From: Octopus bimaculoides
Taxonomy: Eukaryota
Direction: 5' to 3'
NCBI RefSeq assembly: GCF_001194135.2
Contig: NC_068986.1
Span: 63,238,319 to 63,302,318 of the forward strand
DNA: 64,000 nt
Shown: positions 37,355 through 51,019 of the stretch, one piece after another
Layout: each line of letters opens with the position of its first letter
How positions within the stretch are numbered: position 1 is the stretch's first letter
Translations under genes and position numbers: made by a program
Notes under the pieces: model-generated
The model's database searches: none
What the model saw: the letters and a program-made list of their open reading frames with translations, nothing else
Told to the model about the DNA's origin: nothing

Positions 37355-37732
37355 TCAGGTCATCTCATAAGTTCTGTCCGATTTTACCTTTTTTAAAATT
37401 GAATGAAATTTAATAGCATTTTAGAATGTCTAATGGAATTAAAAATTATTTTTATGCATTTGTGTACATTTAAATTGTTTTATAGTTTACAGAATCATTT
37501 GGGGGACATAACTTTCGCAAGCCAGGAGGAAGTCGAAAGTAACATTTCAGAGTTCTTCACTTTGAAATCAAAAGAGTTTTACATTGATGGTATTAAAAAG
37601 CTTGTAAATAGATGGAAGGAAGTCTTAGATAATCACGGAAAGTACATTGATGATTAAATTTCAATTAAATATAACATTTGATCACTTGTTTTCTTTATTC
37701 AAAATCCGGACAGAACTTATAGCATGACCTGA
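37355..37732 (+). mobile_element. Internally deleted mariner (MITE-like) with both TIRs and a TA target-site duplication
   Basis: TA|TCAGGTCATCTCATAAGTTCTGTCCG ... CGGACAGAACTTATAGCATGACCTGA|TA. Retains the transposase C-terminus LFYSLQNHL...GIKKLVNRWKEVLDNHGKYIDD*. Confidence 0.92.
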
Positions 37733-37869
37733 TAATAACAACAATCTTTGAAATGCACAGAGGTAAGAATGTTTCCTAACTGGTTGTGTTACCATTGTTG
37801 GTTTGGACAACCACTTAAGATCTCATACAGATTTGCTCAATCAGTTTTATTTCTTTGTTAATGTTTTTG

Positions 37870-38275
37870 TAGTTGTTTAGCATCAGGTTAACTCTGATCA
37901 AGCAGATCTGTAATCAAAAGTATTCCTGCTGTAACTATCCTAGCTTTTTTTCCTGCATGTATATCTGGGGTTATATTGCCCAATGTATCCTCCCTATTTT
38001 AAGGCATTTGAGGAAAATTTAGCTATTATTTCTAGCATTTTAAATGACTACATGAATACTTTTTTGTAGATTCTTGTGTTAGTGTGTTGTTATTTAACCC
38101 CAGGTCAGCCCTCTTTGAGCCAACTGCATCAAATATCTTCTATGATCATCCTAGTTTCTCAGGCAGTTTATTTCAGATTACGCTATCCAGTATTCCTTCC
38201 TTTTCTTTTTCTGGGTATATAAGTGAAGGAGGATTTGGCTGCTATTTTCTGAAGATTAAACAACTATAGCTATCT
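37870..38275 (-). repeat. Two adjacent family D copies (37870-38035 and 38085-38275)
   Basis: CAGGTTAACTCTGATCAAGCAGATC and TTAACCCCAGGTCAGCCC...GATTTGGCTGCTATTTTCT. Confidence 0.65.
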
Positions 38276-40099
38276 CACAGACTGCAAGGAGAAAAATTAA
38301 ATAGATGTCCAGTTATCTATGACCAGAAGCAATATAGATAGAATGTGTTTATTTTCAATTTCCCCATAATTTTTGTAGCATAGTGTAAATAGGATGTGAA
38401 TGTATGAATGAAGTTTGAGATAAAGAAGTCTGAAGAAAAGGGAAACATAAAAAATGGAATGGTAGATTTGACCTCTTAGCTGATGCTGTCGCTCTAGAAG
38501 CTGCCTGAGGTATTGATTAGGAAAGTTGCAGAATAGATTTCTTTAATGGTTCTGTTTGGTGAGTTAAAATAAACAAAGAGCACTTCTGAACAAAATCCAT
38601 GTGCCATTTCCACTCCTTGCCTGTTATTTCTGAGTTTTTTTTTTCTTCTGTTTGAGAAGGGGTTTGGTTTTGATTAATATTTTTAATGAACGTATTTTGT
38701 GTAGCAACAGTTTTATGTAGTGAAAGGGTGCATTAGTGTGTGTAATTGTGCTTTTGTGTTTACCTATCTGTGTGTGCATATGTTGTATATGTGTATACAA
38801 ACTTTATTATGATTTTCTTCAATTGCATATTGTGAAAAAAAAAGAGTGGTTCTTTCAATGGTATTTTAGTCTGAAGATGTGTTGCAAGTTAACCTTTTCT
38901 TGACATTACCAAATATTTTAACTTCTTTCTATGTGTTTTTAATTATAAATTTGATCACATTTACTGTTTTATTGGTTTCCTGAATTTTTTTTCTTTTTTA
39001 TTAATCAGTAAATTTAAACTTTGGATAATCATGGAGATTTTTAGAAATATTTTTCAGTGGGTGTGGATATCAATACAACATTTCCAAGATTGTTATGCTT
39101 TCTGCAGAGAATTCACTTTTACAGAGCAACCACCACCTTTATCAAATTCACAACCTTAGTGGTTTAACCCTTAATATTTATTGAAAATCCTGCATGCTAT
39201 TGAGTTGTATTGTTGAAATTACATAAATGAATTATTAAAAGGTAGAGATGACTTAATGATTGAACATTAGTTTAATTTCATTACTAGGGAACTATTCTGT
39301 GTTCAAATTAAGTTCAACCTACCATCAACTTCACATTTTCTCCACTTTTTTAAAAATAAACGTCTTTACATTTGATAAAATAAGTATCATTGTATTTATA
39401 TCTTTTTGAATAAGTTAATCAGAGGAAGAGGGACAGTGAATTAATGATGCTGAACATCTACTGGTCATTAACTGTAGAAAAAATACTGATGGGGTAAAAA
39501 TGTCTTGAGAGTTACTTCCTTGCTGTTCAGAATTTTGAGTTGTCTCTGGGTAACTCCAGTAGCATATAAATATATCTTTGAAGAGAAGTCACTTGCCTTC
39601 TTGCTCAAGCCTCCTATTTTTCTGGAGAAAGGAATGTTGTTTATGGTCAAATTGAACCTTTCCAATAATATACGTTACCAATTCTGCGAGAGAGATTCTG
39701 AGAGAGAAGAAGAGAAAAAACATTTGACCCCAAGTGCTTGATTGGTTCTTTCTTTACTGATCCCAGAAGGATGAAAGAATAGTATAATCTTAGCAAGGTC
39801 ACAGAAAGTCATAACAAATAATACAAGGGATTCTATATCACACTCTGACTCTGGTAATTCACTGCCTGTAAGTTATTTGCATAAATGAGAAATATAGGAG
39901 GCCTCTTAGACACTTTATTTCTTATCATTTGTGTGTTATTTCTTTCTTTCTTTTAATTTTCTTTCAAGTTACAATTTTCAGAATAGTGCCAAGTAGTTGC
40001 AAAATGTCAATGAATTATGCTGTGTATTTAATAACAATGACAAAACTTTGGCAAATCAAGTCTCTGTATGCTATGGAGCCCTCAAATCACATTTTACTG

Positions 40100-40285
40100 T
40101 CTTAAAAAACAGGAAGAACATGTCAAATGATGTAGTTCTAAATATACTATGCCTGAGTAACAAATAAATATGTGGTTCCACATACATTGTGTCTGAAAAT
40201 TTGATTGCAAAGTCATGGTTGGAAGTCTTTTGATCCTAGGTCTTCTTGATTAGAACTGTTCTGGGGTTAAACAAAACAACCTAAG
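40100..40285 (+). repeat. Family D repeat, decayed
   Basis: ATACTATGCCTGA...GGAAGTCTTTTGATCCTAGGTC...GGGGTTAAACAAAACAAC. Confidence 0.5.
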
Positions 40286-40894
40286 AGTCTAAGTCAAATC
40301 TCACTTAGCAGCTGAGGGTGTCATGGTTGAGCTCTAATCAATTGGTAGTTCATAAGAGAGGCAACAAGAAAGAATTCCTGTGTATTTTAACGTAAAACAC
40401 AGCTTTAAGACAGTTGCAGAGATTCAGTGGAAAATAGGATTTTACTGTATTACTGTTGTAATATTGTCTTTATTAATCTAAAGCAATTATCTTTGGACTA
40501 AAATTAATCGATCGAATAAAACTGGTGGATGACAGCCATATTTTATGGGAAGTGTATTGAGGTGAGGTGTTCATATATAAAAAGAAAATCCCCAAATTTG
40601 AAATGGTAATGGGAAAGAAACATATTTGATAATACCATTTATACGAGTTTTTAGTTGATGGAGTTTGACTTCCAGCCTGTGAAACTACTCATTTAGTTAC
40701 TGTTAATCATCTAGCCAAGTCACCTAAAAGAGTTGGATGTTTTTGCTGTTTTCGTTTTACTACTATTCTCATAGTATCTTTGAATAATAAGTTAATGATT
40801 ATTATTGCAACTTTAAGTAGGTTTGTTACTGATAATAGTTACATGTGTGTACATACTTGTGTGTGTATACATCTGTATGTATGTATGTATGTGT

Positions 40895-41201
40895 GTATAT
40901 CGTTGCCAGTGCCCCTGGACTGGTTCTTGTGCGGGTGGCACATGAGATGCACCATTTTGAGCGTGGCCGTTGCCAGTACCGCCTGACTGGCTCCTGTAGG
41001 ATTTTCGAGCGAGATCGTTGCCAGTGCCCCTGGACTGGCTTGTGCGGGTGGCACATAAAAGACACCATTTCGAGCGTGGCCGTTTTCGTGCGGGTGACAC
41101 GTAAAAGCACCCACTACACTCTCTGAGTGGTTGGCGTTAGGAAGGGCATCCAGCTGTAGAAACTCTGCCAAATCAGACTGGAGCCTGGTGTTGCCATCCG
41201 G
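40895..41201 (+). mobile_element. Very young RTE LINE 3' UTR (minisatellite plus tail), cut off by a gap
   Basis: CpG-rich tandem units, then GCACCCACTACACTCTCTGAGTGGTTGGCGTTAGGAAGGGCATCCAGC, as at 6160-6210. Confidence 0.88.
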
Positions 41202-41702
41202 NNNNNNNNNNNNNNNNNNNNNNNNNNNNNNNNNNNNNNNNNNNNNNNNNNNNNNNNNNNNNNNNNNNNNNNNNNNNNNNNNNNNNNNNNNNNNNNNNNN
41301 NNNNNNNNNNNNNNNNNNNNNNNNNNNNNNNNNNNNNNNNNNNNNNNNNNNNNNNNNNNNNNNNNNNNNNNNNNNNNNNNNNNNNNNNNNNNNNNNNNNN
41401 NNNNNNNNNNNNNNNNNNNNNNNNNNNNNNNNNNNNNNNNNNNNNNNNNNNNNNNNNNNNNNNNNNNNNNNNNNNNNNNNNNNNNNNNNNNNNNNNNNNN
41501 NNNNNNNNNNNNNNNNNNNNNNNNNNNNNNNNNNNNNNNNNNNNNNNNNNNNNNNNNNNNNNNNNNNNNNNNNNNNNNNNNNNNNNNNNNNNNNNNNNNN
41601 NNNNNNNNNNNNNNNNNNNNNNNNNNNNNNNNNNNNNNNNNNNNNNNNNNNNNNNNNNNNNNNNNNNNNNNNNNNNNNNNNNNNNNNNNNNNNNNNNNNN
41701 NN
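41202..41702. other. Assembly gap (501 N) followed by (TA)n(ATC)n
   Basis: Run of N. Confidence 1.
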
Positions 41703-41744
<42 letters not shown>

Positions 41745-41746
<2 letters not shown>

Positions 41747-42022
41747 CATCATCATCATCATCATCATATCAGCATCCACTTTTCCATGTTTTCATGGGCC
41801 AGACTGCATTTATTTGAGGTAGATTTTCTATGGCCAGATACTCTTCCTGTCATAAACTGTCACCTATTTCTAAATATGGTAATGTTTCCCTATAACCAGA
41901 TGTGTTTTTACCAAATATTGGAAATGAATGACACTGCTTGTATGACTGTGTCGATCATTAACAACCACCATACAACATCAGGATTAGGAAACACAAGCAT
42001 GCACATGCAGTCATACTTACAT

Positions 42023-42072
<50 letters not shown>

Positions 42073-42125
42073 GATGGGCTACTTTTAGTTTCTGTCTATC
42101 AAATCCACTCAATGCTTTGGTCAGC
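41745..42125 (-). mobile_element. SINE family C, head missing
   Basis: (ATC)n, CATCCACTTTTCCATG, (CA)n, GGGCTACTTTTAGTTTC...AAATCCACTC. Confidence 0.75.
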
Positions 42126-42179
42126 CACACCTGCACCTCTATCACCATTTCTATTGTCTGTATATATGTAAACACTCAC

Positions 42180-42365
42180 ACACATGATTTAACATCCATT
42201 TTCCGTACAGGCATGGATCAGATGATTTGACAGAGCCATAGGGCTGCATCATGCTCTGATATCACCTTTGGCATAGTTTCCATGGTTGGATGCCCTTCCT
42301 AACATCAACCACTTTACTATGTGTACTGGGTATTTTTCCCATGTCACTGGCACTACTGAGGTTGT
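42180..42365 (-). mobile_element. RTE LINE 3' tail fragment
   Basis: TTTAACATCCATTTTCC...GGTTGGATGCCCTTCCTAACATCAACCAC. Confidence 0.75.
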
Positions 42366-42369
42366 TAAC

Positions 42370-42784
42370 TTGCAAGACAGAAAAAGAGCAGGATGAGGAA
42401 AAAAGAGAAAAAAAAAGCACCCTTAATTAAGAGTGGAGGAAGGAGTTTTTGAGAGAGGGGAGGTGGTTTTATTAAAGATGTTGAAAGCCCAAAGTTGAGT
42501 AGTGGAACAAGTGCAGGTGTCTTGCTATTAGAAAGATACATGGTTACCCTGTATTTTATAAGGATGGGTGGAAGTATTTGGGAAGAAGATGGTAATGATG
42601 GGGAACCAGAGCAAAAAGGTGTACATGAGAGAGGATATGGGCGGTGGATTGAGAAAGAGGAAGGTAGTTTTGTAAGGGTATGAGGATAGAGTGATAGATA
42701 GTTAGAGATTGAGGCAGAGGTGAATGTAGCAAGTGATGAGCAAAAGTGGACAGTCACTTGATGGGAAATACCAGTATGCAGAGG

Positions 42785-42820
<36 letters not shown>

Positions 42821-43250
42821 AGCTGAGAAAGGGGGATAAATAAGAAAATGGGGAGATGATGTACAAGATGTAGGAGCAGTATGGAGGGAGATCTAGAGTA
42901 TTATAAAGATGACTATATGAATGGAGTATGATGGTAGATATGAGAGGTGCTATAATGAAATATGGTAGAGAAGAGGGAGAGCTAACTGAAGGCACAGAAA
43001 GGAAGTGGTTAGGGAAAATGGTGCAAGAAGCAATGATGAGAATAAGCTATGGAAGACATTCCACTGGAGGAAGGAGGTAACTGGCAGCGCAAAGAATGAA
43101 TGGGGTGAGGTATGTGCTGATTCAGCTCTCAAGTGATTATAGCTGCTGTGTAGAGCCATAGACCAAAACGTGATGAGTGTGGGGGGAGGGGTAGGAAGAG
43201 AGATGTGGAGAATGCTTGATGGGACAGAATGAGTGTAGGAGCAGAGACCA
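42370..43250. repeat. Purine-rich (G/A) low-complexity tract including (GA)n
   Basis: Strong strand asymmetry over about 900 bp. No protein motif recognised. Confidence 0.55.
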
Positions 43251-43254
43251 GCAT

Positions 43255-44085
43255 GTACAAGTAAAAACAAAATATTTTTAGGAGCTCATTTTTGCCTGTG
43301 ATTGACAGGTCTTCTTGAGCACAGCAAATCACTAATCTTGTCATCTCAGTCCTTTGTCAGCTCCTCCATGAGACTCAGCATCCAAAGATCAGCCTTCACT
43401 GCTACATCTCATATCTTCTTGGGTATCCCTCTTCCACGAGTTCCATCCACTTCCAGTGATCAGCACTTTTTATGCAACTGTCCTTATCCATACATATCAC
43501 GTGATCAACTCTTGCACACTACATCTGATTCCGCTTATGCTCAGTTTTTCTCTGAATATATTAACACTATGTCATACATGCACACTGACATTTCACACCC
43601 AATGGAACATACTAACTTCATTCCTCTCTAGTCTTCACATGTCCTCTGCATTCAGGGCCCATATCTCACTATCATGCAGCATTACAGTTCATACACATGC
43701 ATCATACAACCTGCTTTTCACACTGAGAAAGACACTTTTGGTACCAGCGAAATTAATAGATCTCTCATCTTTCTCCAGCTGGTTTTTAATCTAGCAACTA
43801 GACTTTCAAAACATCCTCTTTCACAGTTAATTAGGTCACTTCGGTAACAGAAATTATCTACTACCTCTAGGTAGCCTTCAGGACATTCAAGAAAATCTAT
43901 TTCTTGTGTGTCCTTAGTTTTGCTTGCTCTTGTGCATCTTCCACATGCAAACTCTACTTTCCCTGTTAACCTTCCAGTGATTTCATTGTACCTCTTGTAT
44001 ATCCATAATTGCACTGAGTACACCATGTGGAATTTCTATCTATACCTTTTCTACTTATCAAACTGAGTTACATATCTGAATGTAT
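43255..44085 (-). mobile_element. RTE-clade LINE fragment, PHD insert to C-terminus, decayed
   Basis: WCTQC, LWIYKRY...TGRLTGKVEFACGRC, LEVVDNFCY, then the same C-terminal segments as in 4272-6308. Confidence 0.88.
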
Positions 44086-44146
44086 TCTAGCAAACATTGA
44101 TACCTAATGCTTTTTTAAAATGGGTTTTTATAAATACCTTCTTTGG

Positions 44147-44149
<3 letters not shown>

Positions 44150-44179
<30 letters not shown>

Positions 44180-44690
44180 CAAAAATGGGACAAGAACGCA
44201 AAACATCCAGGCAGTTAGGTGAAACAAAAAAGGGACAACAAAATATCTAGACAGACGATACAAGGAAAACAAGGATGGATCATTTGGAGCTTTCTATCCT
44301 CAGTCTTGTTCCAGATTATCTTTGCAATTTTGGCTTGTTATACTCAAGATTGCTCTAATCTGGCCAGCCCCCAGGAAAAAATAAGCTAAGAGCATTACAT
44401 TCCTTGGAAGAAAGCAGCAAATGTATACGAAGACAAGGACAGAAAAAAAACCCAGAGAAATGTTACACAAATACAAGTAACAGGACATAACAACAGGTGT
44501 CTTTCGACTAAGGACGAATTAAATTAAGCTGGTGTGTGCGAAAGTAAAGCCTTACGGCAGGGATATAGAATTTAACAAGCACAGGAAGGAATACAGATGT
44601 TGCATGGACAGTAGTCCAACCAAGAACGAAAGGTCAGGCCTGGCCGAACACTGGTTATGTGGGGAGAGAAGATATATATAAAATAGGTTT
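44150..44690 (-). mobile_element. Unclassified element at a (TA)n tract, resembling a Penelope-like 3' end or pseudo-LTR
   Basis: CpG-containing, bounded by TA runs, with a degenerate hammerhead-like motif about 110 nt before the (TA)n. No ORF recognised. Confidence 0.4.
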
Positions 44691-47547
44691 TATTGCTAAG
44701 TAAGGAATCAAGGTCACTGGGCATGGCTTTCTACAAGACCTCTGAGATGGGTGGGATGGAGGAAAGTATCCTAATTACTTTAGTCTATTTAAATCTACTC
44801 ACAATATTATCAGCAAGAAATTCAATGAAGTTAGTATATCCACTTGAAGTGGAGTTAGCATAATGAGTTTATCATTCAATGATTTATTACATACCCCGAG
44901 GACCTCTGAAGCAGTTTGTTGCATGTCACCTTCACTCACGCCCATCCAACACACTCTTCTCTCCTCCTCTTGTCACCCTTATTGTGTCTACTGTCCAGAT
45001 TCTGAACCAACTACTTTTTTCTCAATGTTTTCTTCCCTCAGATTGTTGACCCTTTTAAATTCCATCTCTGTTTACCTTTCCTTGTTGTCATCAATTTACA
45101 GGTTTTCAAACTGAATGTCAACCTTATTAATCTCACTAGTCTTGGAGGATGGGGTGGGGCTGCAAAGGACATTGGCACTGCCCCTTATTCCTAACTGAAA
45201 CATACAAACAAAATGACCTGCAACTTGAATGGGATCCAGAAGTGACATCTACTTGTAAGGCTTATTGAAGCAACTGGAAATTCTTATCTAAGACTGAAAT
45301 ACTAGTGTGGTTGGTTCCCTGTTAGTATTCTCCTAGTCTATGAAAGGATTTGAATATTAGATACCCATGAAGAAAAAAAAACAATAATTTTAGCTGTTCC
45401 TTACAATAGCTAACTGTACTTTTCTTCTCTCACTACTTATTTACTGCTTCATGGATTGAGCCAGTTATCTTCAAGCAAGAATGCAGCTCTTCACTTATAA
45501 TAGTTATCAACAGTCAAGTTTTGGGTTATTAGTCTGATACCAGTTTTACTTGGTGTACAGTATATACTCATCTCTTCCTTGATATCAGAAACTTTGACTT
45601 TAAAAATGTTTGTTGCTAAGAGCATTCACTAAACCATTCAAACAGTGCTTTTGAAAAAAATAGAATGCAAAAAAAAAAAAAAAAATTATAACTAAACCAA
45701 TGTAAAAAATAACAATAAAAGGGGAAATGTGTGTACAATCATTTTTGTTAACAAATATTTGAATATGATAAATCTTATTTCATAGGAACATTCTTCTAAT
45801 AGAAGCAAGTTTATTCAACTACTCAGTAAATAGTTTTGACATGACACAATGCTATTCAATATATGAATTCACTTCTTTCAATTTGGTACAATTTTTTTAT
45901 TTTTGATGTATGTACATAACAAAAGTAGATAGAAAAATATATAGCTTTAAAAAGAGATGAAGAAATCTTTCTTTGCGAGATTTGAAACACAACTGGCAAA
46001 AATGTTTTGCATATATTTGCTGACTTTTTTTCTCTTATATGCTGTAATAAAACTATATTTCTTATCAAGTTAAGGAATTCCATGGGAATATTCTGATATT
46101 TTCATCTCCTTTTTTATTTTTTTTATTTTTATACATATATATATATATTCTTGTGCAAACAATGACTTGTATGAAACCTTGGATAGATAAACTAAATGAA
46201 TTTATACAGAGAACAAAATCTGTTTATCATGTCAAATCCTCACAGAGGAATAAACCAGATGACAAAGAAAATTATCACAGTTATGAACCATGAAATATGG
46301 TTCTGTTAGTTTTCAAGGGGTGAAGGGATGCTAGATCTGAGTGATGTGTTCCAAGTTGTTATTACTTTCATTATTTCTGTAGTGAGATTTATTTATATTT
46401 TATATAGTTGCATGCAAATATTAACTGTATTAGTTGTCACAGGTATAGAAAAACCTAATCTCAAAAAGGAAAATAAATAAATAGAAAAATTAAAATAATT
46501 TACTATTCCTGATATCAATGCATTGTTGAGGAGTGAGTATTATCATTGATAATATATAGATGAGTAAATGTGTGAGTGTGAGTAATGTATATATATATAT
46601 GGATGGATGTGTTTATGTACACGTGTATATAGCTCTATTAAATGTTTCTATTTGCTAAGGCACAATTTTTTGTGAAATTTTAGTTGTAAAATGCCTACTT
46701 CTCAGATCACAGGCAATACAGTTCTAAACTAATCTTCAGTCTGAAATTTGCATCTACAAGGTGATTTGAAGTCACATCTCATCATCTTTGTTTGTAATCT
46801 TAGCAGCTGTGATTGTTTGAGCATGGATTAGGTATATTCTCAAATTTAGAATTAACATTCCTTAGAATTAATTAACTATTATTCAGTAATGAAAACCGTG
46901 CTGACCTTTTCCAGTATGTCATTCTATTAAAGTGAGTGAGGTATTCTTTACAGTCACATCACTGGTTAGGGGTAGCAGTTAAATTTCTCTCAAATCACCT
47001 ATTATCAATTTACAAAATAAGAAAGAGTATATGGCCAATGTAATTAATCCTTGAGAAATAAAATAATGGGATGATCATAGCTAGAATGTCTTTGTTCATG
47101 ATCAAAGCTATGAAGGAAGACATTTTACTGGGGTAGACATAGCTGCATAATTAAGAAGTTTGCTTTGCATATTTCCAGATTCAGTCCTATTACACAGGCA
47201 CCTTGAGAAGACATACACACACACACATGTGTGTGTGTATATCTTTCAGTGATCTGTATCAGCAAGGAAGCCAAAACAAACAAGGAAAACTGGAACTCTT
47301 TGAATGAGTTCAAAACTCTTTCATCAATTTGACTATCAGAAATGCAGTGAACCAGTGATTGACTCATTGGAAATCTGTTATTAATAATGCTTTTCTTCAC
47401 ATACGATTTTTAAAAAAGTATAAATTTTAAATGTTTCTTGGAATTTAAGAGCTTTTACCTATATCTGGTTTAAGGCTTTAAATGAACAAGATAACATTCT
47501 CTCTTGGTCAATCTAAAGCCCCACCAGTGCCCATTAGCAATATTTTG

Positions 47548-47756
47548 GTGTGTTAGGGCAGCAGAATCATTTGCATGTCAGCCAAAATGCTTAGTGGCAT
47601 TTTGTCTGTCTTTATGTTCTATGTTCAAATTCTTCTAAGGCCAACTTTGCCTTTCAGGGGCAATAAAATAAGTACCAGTTGAACACTATGGTCGATGTAA
47701 TCAACTTTACCACCCTCCTATGAAATTACTAGTCTTGTGCCAAAATTTGAAAGCTG
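47548..47756 (+). mobile_element. SINE family B
   Basis: GCAGAATCATTTGCATG...AAAATGCTTAGTGGCATTT...AATAAAATAAGTACCAG...CTTGTGCCAAAATTTGAA. Confidence 0.8.
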
Positions 47757-49389
47757 TAATTTGCTGAGTCATGGAACTTCAAATTGGGATGTAAGTAAGT
47801 AATAAGTAAATAGAACTTACAGTAGTTTTGATTAAAACTTCTTTTGAATTTATAGATATATGTGTATGTGTATGCTATATACAAACTTTGTTCATAGTGC
47901 AGTGCAGGGTTTTTTTTTGTTTTTTTTTTTATTGAAGTGGACTCTGAGAAGAAAAGGTTTAGGAAACCCTCATCTACGATAACATTTTCTTATGTTCTGG
48001 CACCTACTCCCATCAACAAGAGCAACTGAAATATGTAAAATTATGTATACTATCAAAATATACACGAAAAGGCCTGCAGATGATTTGAACTCTAGACCAT
48101 CAAGGTATCGATACCCAATAGCATTTCCACTTGCTTACTTTGCTTCTTCCTGAAAAGAGTTGGCTTCTGCTCAATTATAAACTCTGTAGGGAGATTTCAT
48201 TTGTAAAGCACTTATTGACCTAAAAATTGTGAAAAGTTAGATCATGTAGATTGCAATTTTATTGCTAAACTTGACTCTTTCAATATCAGTGCATGTATAA
48301 CACCCAATATGTTGTCTAATGTAAAAACATTTATAAATAGCTAGATCAAAATCTCTTTTATGTTGTAGGATTTATGCTTGCCACTTCCATTTCGCTCATT
48401 GATAGTGTCAACAAGTGGGCTTGCCTATTTATTACAAGATAATCTTGTCCATTGTAGAATTTCTAAAATGGAAACATTGAGAAAGAAAGTGAATTATGGT
48501 TTAGATTTTTGGCTGCATAGGACATTAGTAGAAAACACTTCCAAATCTTGCTGATTGGTCATAATTTGGGCAGTTGAGTGTATAAAAGCTTAATAATGTC
48601 ACCAGCTAGCTGTCAAACTGAATTGCTTCTGGAATCTATTCTGACAGTCTGTAATCAAGAAGAGTCAAGGTGCAGGGATATAATATTTTACAATTCCTAC
48701 TAAAGATTATTTATAGAAAACTCATTGATTTTCATTATAATAGCAAATATATTACACTAACTGTCAATTTGCCAAAATTGTGATTTATTTTACATATAGC
48801 TGTTTTAATTTTGCTTTGAATTTTTTTTTTTTTTTTTTTTTTTTTTAGATCAGAACATTGCCATAGTATTATTATCCTTGCTGATACTAAACTGACTCTA
48901 GCTATTTTTAACTTCTATTGAAATAGTTTGATTTTGAATGCAGTGAAATATTTTAATTTAAATGTTAGATATATTTGAAACACATAGATGCACATGTTAT
49001 TTCATCAAAATATATTTGGAATAATGTGCCTATTATGTGATGTTGTTTACAGAATAATCATCTGCCTCACCCCCTCAGATTTTGGAAGCAAGGTCAAAAG
49101 TCCTCAACCTCTTAGTCATCTTTACTTTTGCTTTCACATTTTTATGGATGGCTGGAAATGTCAAATCTTTCCTTTTATCATTGAACAGACAATGGTCTAT
49201 TTCAAGTAATATTTTCAGATGATGCACTTTCTTTTTCCCCAACCACAACATAAACTAAAATACATACATAGAAATATGTGTATTATCCAAATATACAAGT
49301 AAATTCCTACAGAGATTAGAATGTCATCAACTTTAGTCACTTTTACATCTGCTTACATACTTTTATAGACAGGTGGAAATGGTTGAAAA

Positions 49390-49580
49390 CCTAAGTGGTT
49401 GATCAGCTCTCTTGAAATAGCATCCAAATTTCCCTCAAATTATACGTTATTTTCCTAAAAAGTAAGTACATAATTTATAATGTAATCTTGAACACACAAA
49501 AAGATATGATGACCATTGCTGGAATGCTTTTCAACATTGGTCTGTTTGATCAGGACTGATCTGAACTTAAATAACAGCAA
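49390..49580 (+). repeat. Family D repeat
   Basis: GAAATAGCATCCAAATTTCCCTCAAAT...GCTGGAATGCTTT...GATCAGGACTGATCTG. Confidence 0.6.
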
Positions 49581-51019
49581 TAGGAAAACTCTCTGTATTT
49601 AACTGATATTGCTGTATTGCAAAAAAAAGATTCTTTCTATAATTTTTCCTATGTTAATTTACCTCAAAGGGGCTATAGCGATTGTCTTCCTAAGCCCTCC
49701 AATATTAGTGAGATTGTCACTGCCAATGTTCCCCACTTGAATAATTGAAAGTTGACAGCTGCTGGGAAAACATGGCAGGAAGAAAATCTTTAGAGAACTG
49801 ATGTAACAGGAAGGAAAGACTGGGTGTAGCAATTAACACAGGGCCTGGGAGGATGGACACTATGTGTAATGAAGAGAAAAGATGAGTAAGAGTGGAGAAT
49901 GCAAGATCACCAACCACCAAAAGCAAAGGCCACTGTATTAGCAGAGAGGAGACAATATGTTTGTGAGTCAGATAGTGGACTTTCTTTGAATGTGATTTAG
50001 GATGTGTATATATGTGTAGGTGTGGACTGTACCAGATGCCGGATCAGTACTCCATTAAGAGTTGCCCCTCAAAAATTGCTGACCTTGTAAATAACACAAA
50101 ATAACATAAAAATACAAGCAATAATCAATATTAGAGGAAAAAGATCATTGCCTCTAAGGCTGGTGGGAAAGAAGTAAGGCTTTAGTACAAGACATTTGCT
50201 TGAGGTGGCACAGTAAATCAAAACCTGGAATTTATGTTGCTAAATGAAGTGTCTTTTTTTTTTTCCATTTTTCATTTCTTAATCAAGAGGGAACCCAGGA
50301 TTTTTTCACCTCCTCCAAGACTGGTAGGAAGAAGTTATCCTCAAAATGCAAAATGATGACTGAGCTTCAATGTAGTCCACTACACTAGAACCTCTTAAGA
50401 GCCAAGTAGTGGTGTTAAAATGGTTGATAGATTAAGTCTAACCACATAACCATGCCTGTACCTATACCGTGTTTTTAATTCATCAGTGATGGAGACTTCC
50501 ATCAAAATGACATCAGTGTTCTTTAAAGACTATAAATTGCTGTGTCTCATCAATGTCAGTTTATGAAACTAAGAACAGTTTTCTGACACTTTGCTAGAAA
50601 TAGTTGACAACTTTTATAGTATTTTCTTCATTTTCTAACAGAAAAAAACCCAGCAAAATAAGTTTCTACAAAGAAGAATCTCATATTTTTGTTGAAACTG
50701 TTCATAATCAGTCAACAATCTCGGAACAGATTTTGAAATTTTTCATTGCAGGCAAAAATATTTAGTCAAAATGCCTGTTAACAATTTTCTGTCATAAAAA
50801 TATAACAATTATGAAACATTACATTTCTGTTCTTTCGTCCCTTTGATGACCAATTTAATTAATGTAATATCACTTGTCAACCTACCATTTCTTTTTGGTT
50901 GTATTATTAGAATATCAGACAAAATACCTTGTATTTGTTCTAACCCTTTACATTCTGAGTTTAATTCCCACTGCATTCAAGTTTGTCTTACATCTTTCCG
51001 GAGTCATTAAAGTACCAGT

